DNA from: Macrostomum lignano | Taxonomy: Eukaryota | DNA length: 64,000 nt | NCBI GenBank assembly: GCA_002269645.1 | Contig: NIVC01002956.1 | Span: 64,603-128,602 of the forward strand | Direction: 5' to 3' | Shown here: positions 39,056 to 53,134 of the stretch, piece by piece | How the letters are laid out: each line of letters begins with the position of its first letter | Position numbering within the stretch: position 1 is the first letter of the stretch | Made by a program: the position numbers and the translations under genes | Notes under the pieces: generated by a model | Told to the model about the DNA's origin: nothing | Seen by the model: the letters and a program-made list of their open reading frames with translations, nothing else | Databases searched by the model: none

Positions 39056-42000
39056 TCAAGGCAGATTATCGAAGCTGATCAAGTCCGCGGCTGCCGGGCT
39101 CTGCAGAGCCCCCTCCTTGTCAGCTTGATCCGTCTTAGCGTCCACCGGAATATACCAGGCTTCAACTGGCAGGTCGCTGCCCACATTCTCGTCCAGCTCG
39201 GACAGGCTGTTTCGCCGTGGCCGGTTGCTGTCCAAACTGTCCGGGAAATCGTCATCAAAGCAGCAGATGCTGACGGACCGCCTCAGGTGTGGCTGCAGCA
39301 GCGGACGGGCCGACGGATCGGCCGGGACGGATGGGGACGGCAGGAGGCTGTCGGCTTCGGTGGCAGCGGCAGCGCTGGCAGCGGGTTGGCAGCCGGAGAG
39401 CCACCAGCGCCATTCCAGGTAGCGCCAGGCGCGCGTTCGAGATAAGCGAGTCTGCGATTCAGCAAGAGGGGTGGCTGACTGTCTGCGTCTCACTCCACTC
39501 ACCCATCTATCTATCAGGATCTCACTCCACTCTCTCAACCATTTATCAGGATCTCACTTCACTCTCTCAACCATTTATCAGGATCTCACTTCACTCTCTC
39601 AACCATTTATCAGGATCTCACTTCACTCTCTCATCCATCTATCAGGATCTCACTCCACTCACCCATCTATCTATCAGGATCTCACTCCACTCTCTCAACC
39701 ATTTATCAGGATCTCACTTCACTCTCTCAACCATTTATCAGGATCTCACTCCACTCTCTCAACCATTTATCAGGATCTCACTCCACTCACCCATCTATCT
39801 ATCAGGATCTCACTCCACTCTCCCATCTATCTATCAGGATCTCACTCCACTCTCTCATCTATCTATCAGGATCTCACTCCACTCACCCATCTATCTATCA
39901 GGATCTCACTCCACTCACCCATCTATCTATCAGGATCTCACTCCACTCTCTCAACCATTTATCAAGATCTCACTTCACTCTCTCATCCATCTATCAGGAT
40001 CTCACTCCACTCTCTCAACCATTTATCAGGATCTCACTCCACTCTCTCAACCATTTATCAGGATCTCACTCCACTCACCCATCTATCTATCAGGATCTCA
40101 CTCCACTCTCTCAACCATTTATCAAGATCTCACTTCACTCTCTCATCCATTTATCAGGATCTCACTCCACTCTCTCAACCATTTATCAGGATCTCACTCC
40201 ACTCTCTCAACCATCTATCAGGATCTCACTCCACTCTCTCAACCATTTATCAAGATCTCACTTCACTCTCTCATCCATCTATCAGGATCTCACTCCACTC
40301 TCTCAACCATCTATCAAGATCTCACTCCACTCTCTCAACCATTTATCAGGATCTCACTCCACTCTCTCAACCATTTATCAGGATCTCACTCCACTCTCTC
40401 AACCATTTATCAGGATCTCACTCCACTCTCTCAACCATTTATCAGGATCTCACTCCACTCTCTCAACCATTTATCAGGATCTCACTCCACTCTCTCATCC
40501 ATTTATCAGGATCTCACTCCACTCTCTCAACCATTTATCAGGATCTCACTCCACTCTCTCAACCATTTATCAGGATCTCATTCCACTCTCTCAACCATTT
40601 ATCAGGATCTCACTCCACTCTCTCATCTATCTATCAGGATCTCACTCCACTCTCTCAACCATTTATCAAGATCTCACTTCACTCTCTCAACCATTTATCA
40701 GGATCTCATTCCACTCTCTCATCCATCTATCAGGATCTCATTCCACTCTCTCAACCATTTATCAGGATCTCACTCCACTCTCTCATCCATCTATCAAGAT
40801 CTCGCTCCACTCTCTCATCCATCTATCAAGATCTCACTCCACTCTCTCAACCATTTATCAGGATCTCACTCCACTCTCTCAACCATTTATCAGGATCTCA
40901 CTCCACTCTCTCAACCATTTATCAGGATCTCACTCCACTCTCTCAACCATTTATCAGGATCTCACTCCACTCTCTCAACCATCTATCAGGATCTCACTCC
41001 ACTCTCTCAACCATTTATCAGGATCTCACTCCACTCTCTCAACCATTTATCAGGATCTCACTCCACTCTCTCAACCATTTATCAGGATCTCACTCCACTC
41101 TCTCAACCATTTATCAGGATCTCACTCCACTCTCTCAACCATTTATCAGGATCTCACTCCACTCTCTCAACCATTTATCAGGATCTCACTCCACTCTCTC
41201 AACCATCTATCAGGATCTCACTCCACTCTCTCAACCATTTATCAGGATCTCACTCCACTCTCTCAACCATTTATCAGGATCTCACTCCACTCTCTCAACC
41301 ATTTATCAAGATCTCACTTCACTCTCTCAACCATTTATCAAGATCTCACTCCACTCTCTCATCCATCTATCAGGATCTCATTCCACTCTCTCAACCATTT
41401 ATCAGGATCTCACTCCACTCTCTCAACCATTTATCAGGATCTCACTCCACTCTCTCATCCATCTATCAGGATCTCATTCCACTCTCTCAACCATTTATCA
41501 GGATCTCACTCCACTCTCTCATCCATCTATCAGGATCTCATTCCACTCTCTCAACCATTTATCAGGATCTCACTCCACTCTCTCATCCATCTATCAGGAT
41601 CTCATTCCACTCTCTCAACCATTTATCAGGATCTCACTCCACTCTCTCATCCATCTATCAGGATCTCACTCCACTCTCTCAACCATCTATCAGGATCTCA
41701 CTCCACTCTCTCAACCATTTATCAGGATCTCACTCCACTCTCTCAACCATCTATCAGGATCTCACTCCACTCTCTCAACCATTTATCAGGATCTCACTCC
41801 ACTCTCTCATCCATCTATCAGGATCTCATTCCACTCTCTCAACCATCTATCAGGATCTCACTCCACTCTCTCAACCATTTATCAGGATCTCACTCCACTC
41901 TCTCAACCATTTATCAGGATCTCACTCCACTCTCTCAACCATTTATCAGGATCTCACTCCACTCTCTCAACCATCTATCAGGATCTCACTCCACTCTCTC

Positions 42001-45000
42001 AACCATTTATCAGGATCTCACTCCACTCTCTCAACCATTTATCAGGATCTCACTCCACTCTCTCATCCATCTATCAGGATCTCACTCCACTCTCTCAACC
42101 ATCTATCAGGATCTCACTCCACTCTCTCAACCATTTATCAGGATCTCACTCCACTCTCTCAACCATCTATCAGGATCTCACTCCACTCTTTCAACCATTT
42201 ATCAGGATCTCACTCCACTCTCTCATCCATCTATCAGGATCTCATTCCACTCTCTCAACCATCTATCAGGATCTCACTCCACTCTCTCAACCATTTATCA
42301 GGATCTCACTCCACTCTCTCAACCATCTATCAGGATCTCACTCCACTCTCTCAACCATTTATCAGGATCTCACTCCACTCTCTCAACCATTTATCAGGAT
42401 CTCACTCCACTCTCTCATCCATCTATCAAGATCTCGCTCCACTCTCTCATCCATCTATCAGGATCTCACTCCACTCTCTCAACCATTTATCAGGATCTCA
42501 CTCCACTCTCTCAACCATTTATCAGGATCTCACTCCACTCTCTCAACCATTTATCAGGATCTCACTCCACTCTCTCAACCATTTATCAGGATCTCACTCC
42601 ACTCTCTCAACCATTTATCAGGATCTCACTCCACTCTCTCAACCATTTATCAGGATCTCACTCCACTCTCTCAACCATCTATCAGGATCTCACTCCACTC
42701 TCTCAACCATTTATCAGGATCTCACTCCACTCTCTCAACCATTTATCAGGATCTCACTCCACTCTCTCATCCATCTATCAAGATCTCGCTCCACTCTCTC
42801 ATCCATCTATCAGGATCTCACTCCACTCTCTCAACCATTTATCAGGATCTCACTCCACTCTCTCAACCATTTATCAGGATCTCACTCCACTCTCTCAACC
42901 ATTTATCAGGATCTCACTCCACTCTCTCAACCATTTATCAGGATCTCACTCCACTCTCTCAACCATTTATCAAGATCTCACTTCACTCTCTCATCCATCT
43001 ATCAGGATCTCACTCCACTCTCCCATCTATCTATCAGGATCTCGCTCCACTCTCTCAACCATTTATCAAGATCTCACTTCACTCTCTCATCCATCTATCA
43101 GGATCTCACTCCACTCTCCCATCTATCTATCAGGATCTCGCTCCACTCTCTCAACCATTTATCAGGATCTCACTTCACTCTCTCATCCATCTATCAGGAT
43201 CTCACTCCACTCACCCATCTATCTATCAGGATCTCACTCCACTCACCCATCTATCTATCAGGATCTCACTCCACTCTCTCAACCATTTATCAGGATCTCA
43301 CTCCACTCTCTCAACCATTTATCAAGATCTCACTTCACTCTCTCATCCATCTATCAGGATCTCACTCCACTCTCCCATCTATCTATCAGGATCTCGCTCC
43401 ACTCTCTCAACCATTTATCAAGATCTCACTTCACTCTCTCATCCATCTATCAGGATCTCACTCCACTCTCCCATCTATCTATCAGGATCTCGCTCCACTC
43501 TCTCAACCATTTATCAAGATCTCACTTCACTCTCTCATCCATCTATCAGGATCTCACTCCACTCTCCCATCTATCTATCAGGATCTCGCTCCACTCTCTC
43601 AACCATTTATCAAGATTTCACTTCACTCTCTCATCCATCTATCAGGATCTCACTCCACTCTCTCATCTATCCATCAGGATCTCGCTCCACTCTCTCAACC
43701 ATTTATCAAGATCTCACTTCACTCTCTCATCCATCTATCAGGATCTCACTCCACTCTCCCATCTATCTATCAGGATCTCGCTCCACTCTCTCAACCATTT
43801 ATCAAGATCTCACTTCACTCTCTCATCCATCTATCAGGATCTCACTCCACTCTCCCATCTATCTATCAGGATCTCGCTCCACTCTCTCAACCATTTATCA
43901 AGATCTCACTTCACTCTCTCATCCATCTATCAGGATCTCACTCCACTCTCCCATCTATCTATCAGGATCTCGCTCCACTCTCTCAACCATTTATCAAGAT
44001 CTCACTTCACTCTCTCATCCATCTATCAGGATCTCACTCCACTCTCTCAACCATTTATCAGGATCTCACTCCACTCTCTCAACCATTTATCAGGATCTCA
44101 CTCCACTCTCTCAACCATTTATCAGGATCTCACTCCACTCTCTCAACCATTTATCAGGATCTCACTTCACTCTCTCAACCATTTATCAGGATCTCACTTC
44201 ACTCTCTCATCCATCTATCAGGATCTCACTCCACTCTCCCATCTATCTATCAGGATCTCACTCCACTCTCTCAACCATTTATCAGGATCTCACTTCACTC
44301 TCTCATCCATCTATCAGGATCTCACTCCACTCTCCCATCTATCTATCAGGATCTCACTCCACTCTCTCAACCATTTATCAGGATCTCACTTCACTCTCTC
44401 ATCCATCTATCAGGATCTCACTCCACTCTCTCAACCATTTATCAGGATCTCACTTCACTCTCTCATCTATCTATCAGGATCTCACTCCACTCTCTCATCT
44501 ATCCATCAGGATCTCTCTCCACTCTCTGATCGATAAAACTTAGAAAACTCGGGAAATACTTGGATGAATCTAATTATACCGATTTACATAACTCTCTTCT
44601 TTTCTAGCGGAAAGATCTTACCCGAACCAAGCTGAAAGCTGATACCCTTTCTGGGAAACAAAGCAGCATTCGCACCGCAGCAAACAAAATTTAAATTATT
44701 CAATGCAGCGGTTTCTAACAAAGATACATGTAGTAACCATTTGTACTAGACGCAGTATCCTAATCTCGAAACTAGGAAGCTTACCTTGTCAGCCAAGGCG
44801 GACGCGTCCGAGCCCAGACAGGTGAGTAGCGAGCCGTCAGTCACCTGAGTTTAGGAATAAGCAAAGGTGTAGCTTGCATTATTTTGTCAAAAATCTGCGA
44901 CTTTAGACAGTGGCGATAAACTAAAGGATTGGAGGAGGGACTTTGTAGCACCAACTGAAGGATTGAGGGAGGGGCATTGTGGCGCCAACTGAAGGATTGA

Positions 45001-46415
45001 GGGAGGGGCATTGCGGCACCAACTGAAGGATTGAGGGAGGGGCATTGTGGCACCAACTGAAGGATTGAGGGAGGGGCATTGCGGCACCAACTGAAAGATT
45101 GGGGGAGGGGCATTGTGGCACCAACTGAAGGATTGAGGGAGGGGCATTGTGGCGCCAACTGAAGGATTGAGGGAGGGGCATTGTGGCGCCAACTGAAGGA
45201 TTGAGGGAGGGGCATTGTGGCGCCAACTGAAGGATTGAGGGAGGGGCATTGTGGCACCAACTGAAGGATTGAGGGAGGGGCATTGCGGCACCAACTGAAA
45301 GATTGGGGGAGGGGCATTGTGGCACCAACTGAAGGATTGAGGGGCATTGTGGCGCCAACTGGGATTGAGGGAGGGGCATTGTGGCGCCAACTGAAGGATT
45401 GAGGGAGGGGCATTGTGGCACCAACTGAAGGATTGAGGGAGGGGCATTGTGGCGCCAACTGAAGGATTGAGGGAGGCACCAACTGAAGGATTGAGGGAGG
45501 CACCAACTGAAGGATTGAGGGAGGCACCAACTGAAGGATTGAGGGAGGCACCAACTGAAGGATTGAGGGAGGCACCAACTGAAGGATTGAGGGAGGCACC
45601 AACTAAAGGATTGAGGGAGGGGCATTGTGGCGCCAACTGAAGGATTGAGGGAGGGGCATTGTGGCGCCAACTGAAGGATTGAGGGAGGCACCAACTGAAG
45701 GATTGAGGGAGGCACCAACTGAAGGATTGAGGGAGGCACCAACTGAAGGATTGAGGGAGGCACCAACTGAAGGATTGAGGGAGGCACCAACTGAAGGATT
45801 GAGGGAGGCACCAACTGAAGGATTGAGGGAGGGGCATTGTGGCGCCAACTGAAGGATTGAGGGAGGCACCAACTGAAGGATTGAGGGAGGCACCAACTGA
45901 AGGATTGAGGGAGGCACCAACTGAAGGATTGAGGGAGGCACCAACTGAAGGATTGAGGGAGGCACCAACTGAAGGATTGAGGGAGGCACCAACTGAAGGA
46001 TTGAGGGAGGGGCATTGTGGCGCCAACTGAAGGATTGAGGGAGGCACCAACTGAAGGATTGAGGGAGGCACCAACTGAAGGATTGAGGGAGGCACCAACT
46101 GAAGGATTGAGGGAGGCACCAACTGAAGGATTGAGGGAGGCACCAACTGAAGGATTGAGGGAGGCACCAACTGAAGGATTGAGGGAGGCACCAACTGAAG
46201 GCCCAAGGTATCAGGGACCGTCAATTGCTTTAATTACCCAGAAGCACTGAACTGCTCACCCTTCGATTCTTGCAGGGAATCTGGCCACCGTCGCAAGCTG
46301 CCGGCGCCTCATCATCCCATTCGCTGACGCTGGCAGCAGACTTTGGCGCGGTCGCCACAGCTGCTGCTCCCTTTCGTCGGATTCGACCCTTGAAGTAGCT
46401 CCAAGTGGACTTCAT
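39056..46415 (-). CDS. Three-exon orphan gene, ~203 aa, unknown function
   Basis: Exons 46415-46260 (52 codons), 44844-44785 (20 codons) and 39451-39056 (132 codons incl. TGA); strong GTGAGC and GTAAGC donors, CAG acceptors, all phase 0; AATAAA ~70 nt after the stop. Confidence 0.65.
39490..44526. repeat. 5-kb 32-bp satellite ATCAGGATCTCACTCCACTCTCTCAACCATTT, ~157 copies, intronic
   Basis: Tandem periodicity with variant units; stop-free on the plus strand. Confidence 0.99.
44930..46200. repeat. Compound 34-bp/24-bp minisatellite, intronic
   Basis: GAAGGATTGAGGGAGGGGCATTGTGGCGCCAACT and its 10-bp-deleted form GAAGGATTGAGGGAGGCACCAACT. Confidence 0.97.
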
Positions 46416-47099
46416 TCTATTCACAAGTCTTTCAAAACCGTAGCTCCGTGTTCTGCTTCAGTGATCGACTGTGCACTTAAGACTCAGTATTGTCTGCTTT
46501 ATGCTTTAACCGGCTCCATGCTCACATACAGACAACCAATGCTCTGCTGACATTGCAGTCCCAGGCCGCATGAGCTGCGGGGGTTTCTCTCTCTCTCTCT
46601 CTCTCAAACCGATACTTTGAGACGAATTTAGCAGATCGCCGTGGCTGAGCAGTTAGGGAAAATCGATAAATTTAGCTAGCCAGAGACAGTGGTCTCATAA
46701 CTATGGGCAAAACGGAAACTCACTATTCTCAGAAATCGATTAAAATTCACTCGAACAGCAGCAACTGGACATTGGTTGACTGAACTTGCACCGGCTTAGC
46801 CAGTACTCTCTAGTGTCTGTAAATAGCCTGTTTTGCATACTGGTAACCTGGTAACAGTGGTAAGCACATGTGGAAGGAGGGCATAGATAAAAGATGCAAT
46901 ATGCTAACATAATAATCCCTCAATTATCACATAAATAAACACTGTGACATGAGCACAGATTGCATATGATATTATATATTGTACATGAGCACACCATGCA
47001 ACAATTACATTACAACTAACTATATGAAGACTCATTGAGATGGAATTCACTCATAACCCTACAACTATCACAGTATCTAGATCTAGGAACTTGGAAATT

Positions 47100-47900
47100 C
47101 TACCAGATGCTTATAGCCTTATCCTACTTGCTTGTTAAACACAGCTCAAGGCCAGAACCAGATTATCGCTATAATAGTTGCATACACTCCTCAACTTTGC
47201 CAGGTATATGAGCAACATTGCTTACCATTCAGATCCATGCATTTACTGAAATTAGCATTTTGGGCAAGCAATTTACATCAACAATGAAGTCATAGGCTGG
47301 CACTAGGGACTAAAGCAGAAAGTGGAGCACACTTACCTGACTGACACTTTATTCCCTGTTGAGCTCTTGCACCAAGAGGCACTATTAGTGCTAATCTATG
47401 CTTTTTTAGTTGGCTGAGGAGCTAAGACTTAGGGCATAAGATTAGATTTGCATGGGTGCTGGCATATTCTGGCCTGCTAAGGAACAAGGCAGCCAATATA
47501 GCTAGTAAAGCCAATCAACTTCCCTAAAAGGATGTCAAAATCATTGTAAGAGTGATCTGTACTATAGACTATAGACACTACAGACTAACTCTAAGCTATA
47601 TCACAAGAGTACCAATAGAAGAGGCAATAGAGGAAGCAAGGCTATGTTTAGTTCCAGAGCTAAAGCTATTAGCTTTTACCACTTAATATCTAGGCATTCC
47701 CTGGAGCTTGCATCTCTGTGCCCTATTTGCAAGATCAATGAGGCCTTAGAGAGATGCAGACATTGCAATGAGAAGGCAGAAACTATTGAGCATATTTGCT
47801 ATTGTGTAGTAACCTTTTAGGCTAGAGCCAGACATGCCATTATGGAGCTATTTAATATTTAGACTAATAAATAGGGCACTGGCATTTAGGTCCTAGTTTA
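47100..47900 (+). pseudogene. Ancient LINE 3' remnant (RNase H plus CCHC)
   Basis: IRFAWVLAYSGLLRNKAANIASKA at 47441-47512 (decayed WVPxHxGxxGNExAD); CRHCNEKAETIEHICYC at ~47755-47805. Confidence 0.7.
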
Positions 47901-48170
47901 AAGAATATTTACCCTTAAGCTCTGATGGATGAACTTGGCAACAACAATAATAACAAGCAATAGCAGCAATAATTGAACTAAGAATAGGCCTAATATATAA
48001 ATCATTTTATGAAGTAAATAACTAATATTTTGTTGCTTTTATAGCATAATGTTTATTTTAGATTTTAAATTCTATTTTTTATTTCCAACAGCAATTATAT
48101 AATTATACTACAGTTTCATAGTCACTTTTTGAGCTTTTGTCTTTACTTGTTTGACTAGTAGATGATGAAA

Positions 48171-48534
48171 GGAAGGCCGTAGCCCAGCGGTAGTGCAGCT
48201 GCTCTAGTGTGCCACGACCCAGGCTTGATTCCAAGTGCAGTCACATTCATTTAGGGCTGAATTGGAATTTTGGCTTGGCTCGCTTGTGCAATTAACGGCC
48301 TTGAGAGCCAACCCCCCAAGGTGCAATGAAGTGTACATGCCTAACAATTGATAAAGTTAGGGCCGCTGTACACTCCTATGTGAGTGTGTGCCTGTGTAAC
48401 GTATCCGCGCGCTTATATGCCTGCTCAGGGGAGTCGGCGGAATGGGCAGTAATGCCTCTCGCCGGTTGTGTGCCTATGTTGCTTAAAGTGCACCAGGGTG
48501 CACACAACCCCCTGCCTCTAGATTAAAAAAAAAA
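48171..48534 (+). mobile_element. tRNA-derived SINE, 364 bp
   Basis: A-box TAGCCCAGCGGT, B-box-like GGCTTGATTCC, A10 tail, and 12-bp TSD TAGATGATGAAA at 48159-48170 and 48535-48546. Confidence 0.9.
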
Positions 48535-51500
48535 TAGATGATGAAATGATAACAAAACTCATTGAATACATTTGGCTTTATTGGTAGATAACAAAGTGAC
48601 CAACTAAGTAATAGATAACAAATTGTTCAGATAACAAAGTGGCAAATAACAGTGTCTAAGAACTCAGAACTACAAATAAAAGTGATAGGCCTATCTATAA
48701 TTAAATGGAGGAAAGGGAGGAAATTACAAATATATATTATTATTCAACTAACATGTTTTGCTTAGGCAATGGCTAGAGTTCTAGCACTGGAACCCATTTT
48801 CTAACTGCTATAGATCTGGCAGTGGTATTCCAGTAGTGTAATTTATGGGTAGGCCTATAATATAGCAGAAACATTTTACTTTTTAATGGGTGGTTTACAT
48901 TGAGATTTTGTTCAAGATAAGATCAAAATGAAATGATAAGATTCAAATCAAGATACTTCTATGTTCAAGACTTCATTAGTAAATAATTGCCTGTAGAAGA
49001 TTGCCGGATCCATAGCCATTAGAAAATGGGTTCCAGTGCCAGAAATCTAGCCATTACTAGGCCTATTTTGTTTAAGCATCTTCAAGTTGTTGAAAATTTT
49101 ACTTAGCATTTATCAAAATTGTAATAGTGTTATAGTGTATAGCCTAATGTTAGGCAAAACATGTCATTTGAATAAGAAAAAAATGCTCCAGATTTCCTTC
49201 TTTCTATTAATCCTCATCAAGCAAAGCATGTTGTTCTGCCAGAATATTTATAATTGCCTAATTTTTTGAAATTCTACATCAACTATGCCTATAATCCATG
49301 CCATGCATATCTGCCATATAGAATATTTATCAAGGAAACCAACTTCATAGAATCATAGACATAGGCCCTTTAGCTTGTTTTAAATGTTGGTGCATAAAAA
49401 TAAGTTTATAGTCATAGTCATACTAGTAACTAGTCATAGTTATAGTCACTCACTCAGTCACTGTCATTATAAATATTTTATATACTCTATAGGCTACTGA
49501 GTTTAACTTTAAGTCAAGTCAAGATGCCAATCGACATCGACTCAATGTCCAATGAATGAAACTGGAAAGTAAAACACAAACTAGGCTAGGCCTAGGCCTA
49601 GTGACATTAACATTACTTTAAATATAAAAGTGAAAATTTTAAGTGAATACTGATTGGGTACTTCGAAACACTCTCCAAGAGCTACAAAAATCAAGATCAG
49701 ATATCATCAGATAATAAAAATTTAGTTGATGACTTTGACTTACCGTTTTATGGGAGAGACAATTGCCGGGTGATTGCGGCGGCGGATCGATCGAGAACTA
49801 TCATTACTCAGACTCAGACTATTCTATCAAATTAGTCAATAAAGGCTTTGTCAAAAACAATAATTAAATGATCTGTTTTATCTGAAACAACTAAGCATTT
49901 ATCTTGCAGTAGTAGGTCTAACATTTGTTATTTCCGTCTCACGAAGCCACGTGCAGCAATTTTAGATTTATTTCTACATTACCGAGGCGGTATACGGCTC
50001 GGCTCGGCTTAGCTAAAAATCTGAAGTAATTTACTTATATTTATAGGATAAATGAAAGGAAAGGTAAATTAATTCAATTTTTATGCAATTTTCATTTCTG
50101 TCAGTGTGTTAATGTCGAAGCAAGGGAACGCAAAGACTTACTAGGTATCAGTTCATTAAGAACCTCAATAGGCGATCTTCCAGTTTGTTTCGATATTATT
50201 TTCAAGTTTCGATATTCGATATTCGATATTTTTTCAAGGTTGAATCGTTACCACAACATAGTGCCTCTAAACACTAGATAGAGCAGTTGATAGAGAAGTA
50301 TAAATGGAGCAGTAGCTAGAGTGGTAGATAGAGCGATAGGGCAGTAAAAGTAGTGATAGATGGAGCAGTAGATCGAACAGTAGATAGAGTAGTAGATAGA
50401 ACTAGAGCATTTTCTAATACCATTTCCCATCCATTTTCGCCACAGATATCATTTTCTACCATGGCACTATATATTGTGGCACCAATTCAAATATAAATAT
50501 CTAGGCCTATTGTAGTATTGACATTTATAATGCCTATGGCAATATAAAATCTAGATATCAACATAGACATCATAAAAAATTATTGCTTTGATATCAATTT
50601 TTAGGTAATAGAGCTTTCTTTTTATATTAATTTTCATAAACTAGTAGGTGCCTATCTATAGAGTATAGCTAAAGCCTAAAACTTATAGCTTAGCTAGCTA
50701 GGTTTATACTTTTTATTACTTTGGTATCAAAAGAATGGTAAGGCAACCAGAAATTTGTTGAGGGTAGGCAGATTTTGGAGGGTAAAGACCAAAAAAGGGT
50801 AGAAAAAGAGTGGCTCTATATTTTGGTAAAAGTTTGCTTGGTCTCCCCTTTGATTTTTTTCAGGTCTTTGCCTATAAGGGTAACTATCTACATTTTATCC
50901 CATGGTTGTACTACTGCAAAAGAAGTAAAAGAGTTCTAGGAATAGTTAAAAAACTACTTGCTATTAGACCTCTATACTCTATAGTCTAAACCATAACTTT
51001 CATATATGGTTATTATATATCTCATTTTATATTAAAGTTTCTATTTAAGCATATTGCATTCCAATCAAAAGTTTGATTTAACTTTTTATAGCTATATTTA
51101 TATCAACTACATTTAAGTCAAATGGTAATATAAAAGGACTTGATAAAAAGTTAATGGGCTCATTCCATATAAGATGGACATATTTGGAAAATAGAAAAAA
51201 GTCAATATTTTTGCTTGCCACTGCCTGATTAGCCAATTTTTTTACCAAATGTTTTTTATGTGTAACATCTACAATCTAAGAATAAATGAATGATAAAATG
51301 TTAGATTAGTATGTTATCAAGTGGCAAAAAGTAATTTTTGTAAAAATTTGGACAGTTTTTTAAGCAAAAGACATCATTAAGTTTGTGAACCTTTTAAAAA
51401 CAAATAGAAAGCTTTGGAAGGTTGAAACAAACTATAGATAAAAGTATAGTACTTGCATCATCAGATAAAAGTATTGATGAACAAATAATCAATTATATTT

Positions 51501-51544
51501 TTAATATATTGGTACCTCTAAGTTACTGAATTGACAGAACAAAA

Positions 51545-51944
51545 TATGTTACGACCAGAATGTTACGACCATAAGGCTGCCTTTTCTTTTGTATCTTTGT
51601 TGCCTTTTTGAGTTTATATATTCTACAAAAAGAGTATGATTTCTGAAGATGTTCTTAGTCGAATTTTAAAAAAATTATTGCAAAATATCAAAAATGAAAA
51701 ATGTTATAAGACTTTTACCTTTTAGTTTCTATCTGTCAAAAATCCTGTCGTTACGACCAGAAGTGCCATTCAAGGTTTAATAGCATCTATATTAATGATG
51801 ATATCTACATGAAACTCTATAAAAATATTCTTGACAAAAAAATCTTTCATTTAAAATATTGGTTTAGTGTATTCTATTATTAGATTTCATTTTATAAGTA
51901 AAAATAGCCTGTCATGTTACGACCATAATTATATGGAATTGCCC
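51545..51944 (-). mobile_element. DNA-transposon terminal remnant, superfamily uncertain
   Basis: Terminus reads GGGCAATTCCATATAATTATGGTCGTAACATG on minus, with four subterminal GTTACGACCA repeats (~51548, 51562, 51751, 51917). Confidence 0.45.
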
Positions 51945-52479
51945 AATGTGGTTTGATGAACATTAAGCCAAGGCCTATATTCTTCTAATCTAAGTATAGG
52001 AAAAAATGACATTAGTCTAGAATTAGCCAGTTTTATGTATTTTATTTTTTAAGTATAGTATCTCTTATCTTTTACTTTTAGATTTCTTAATCTCTAAAGT
52101 TCTTAAGCTAGTATGCTATTTTTCTTTTAGACCTAGGGGCTATTATCCTCTTAGAACAATGTAGTCTAAGGTTAAACCATACTTTTATACTTTTGAAAGT
52201 TTTTTATCTAGATGTTAGGTATTATATTGCACTTAAAGTCAAATTTTGAGGTGTCATTTTTTAATTTGGATAATATCACATGAAAAGAATTAAACTTTTT
52301 ACCTAGGATTTGATTTTAAAGCTATAATGTTAAATGTTTGTCTAAAAGTTCAAGGCATTATTTGGACAATTCTAATGTCAATGGAATCACTTTGCATAAA
52401 GCCTAGTCTTTAGGCTAGATTATGACTTCCAAAGCCATTAGGCTAGGTCACTATACTTCTAGACCCTTAGGCCATTGCC

Positions 52480-53010
52480 ATTCTCCTAGACCCTTAGACT
52501 AGGCCATTGTCATCCCCACAGACACAGACCCTTTAGACTAGGCCATTGTCACCCTCCTAGTTCCTCAGGCTGGGCCATTGTCACCCTCCCAGATCCTCAG
52601 AGTAGGTTATTGTCACCCTCATAGATCCTCAGACCTGGCCATTGTCACCCTCCCAGATCCTCAGACCAGTCCATTGTCACTCTCTCAGATCCTCAAACCA
52701 GGCCATTGTCACTCTCAGATCCTCAGACCAGACCATTGCACCCTCCCAGATCCTCAGATCAGGCCATCACTCTCTCAGATCTTCAAACCAGACCATTGTC
52801 ACCCTCCTAGATCCTCAGACCAGGCCATTGTCACCCTCCTAGATCCTCAGACCAGGCCATTGTCACCCTCCTAGATCCTCAGACCAGGCCATTGTCACCC
52901 TCTCAGATCCTCAGACCAGGCCATTGTCACCCTCTCAGATCCTCAGACCAGGCCATTGTCACCCTCTCAGATCCTCAGACCAGGCCATTGTCACCCTCCC
53001 AGATCCTCAG
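52480..53010. repeat. 32-bp minisatellite upstream of SLC52
   Basis: CCAGGCCATTGTCACCCTCTCAGATCCTCAGA units, degenerating leftwards. Confidence 0.9.
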
Positions 53011-53134
53011 GTTGAGCCACCTGATGAATTCAATTTTTTTTAGTAATCAGAGATGATTTTGGCATGCGGCTGCTCAATTCCCCAAATTCGACTCGGACTG
53101 ACAGGAGCCAAAAGCGCCAGCCAGCAGACAGTCC

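Noticed and set aside
39289-44543. 1746-aa and 1690-aa plus-strand ORFs
   Set aside because: Artefacts of a stop-free 32-bp satellite inside an intron of a minus-strand gene.
48171-48245. tRNA gene
   Set aside because: No complete cloverleaf; it is the head of a SINE with TSD and poly(A).
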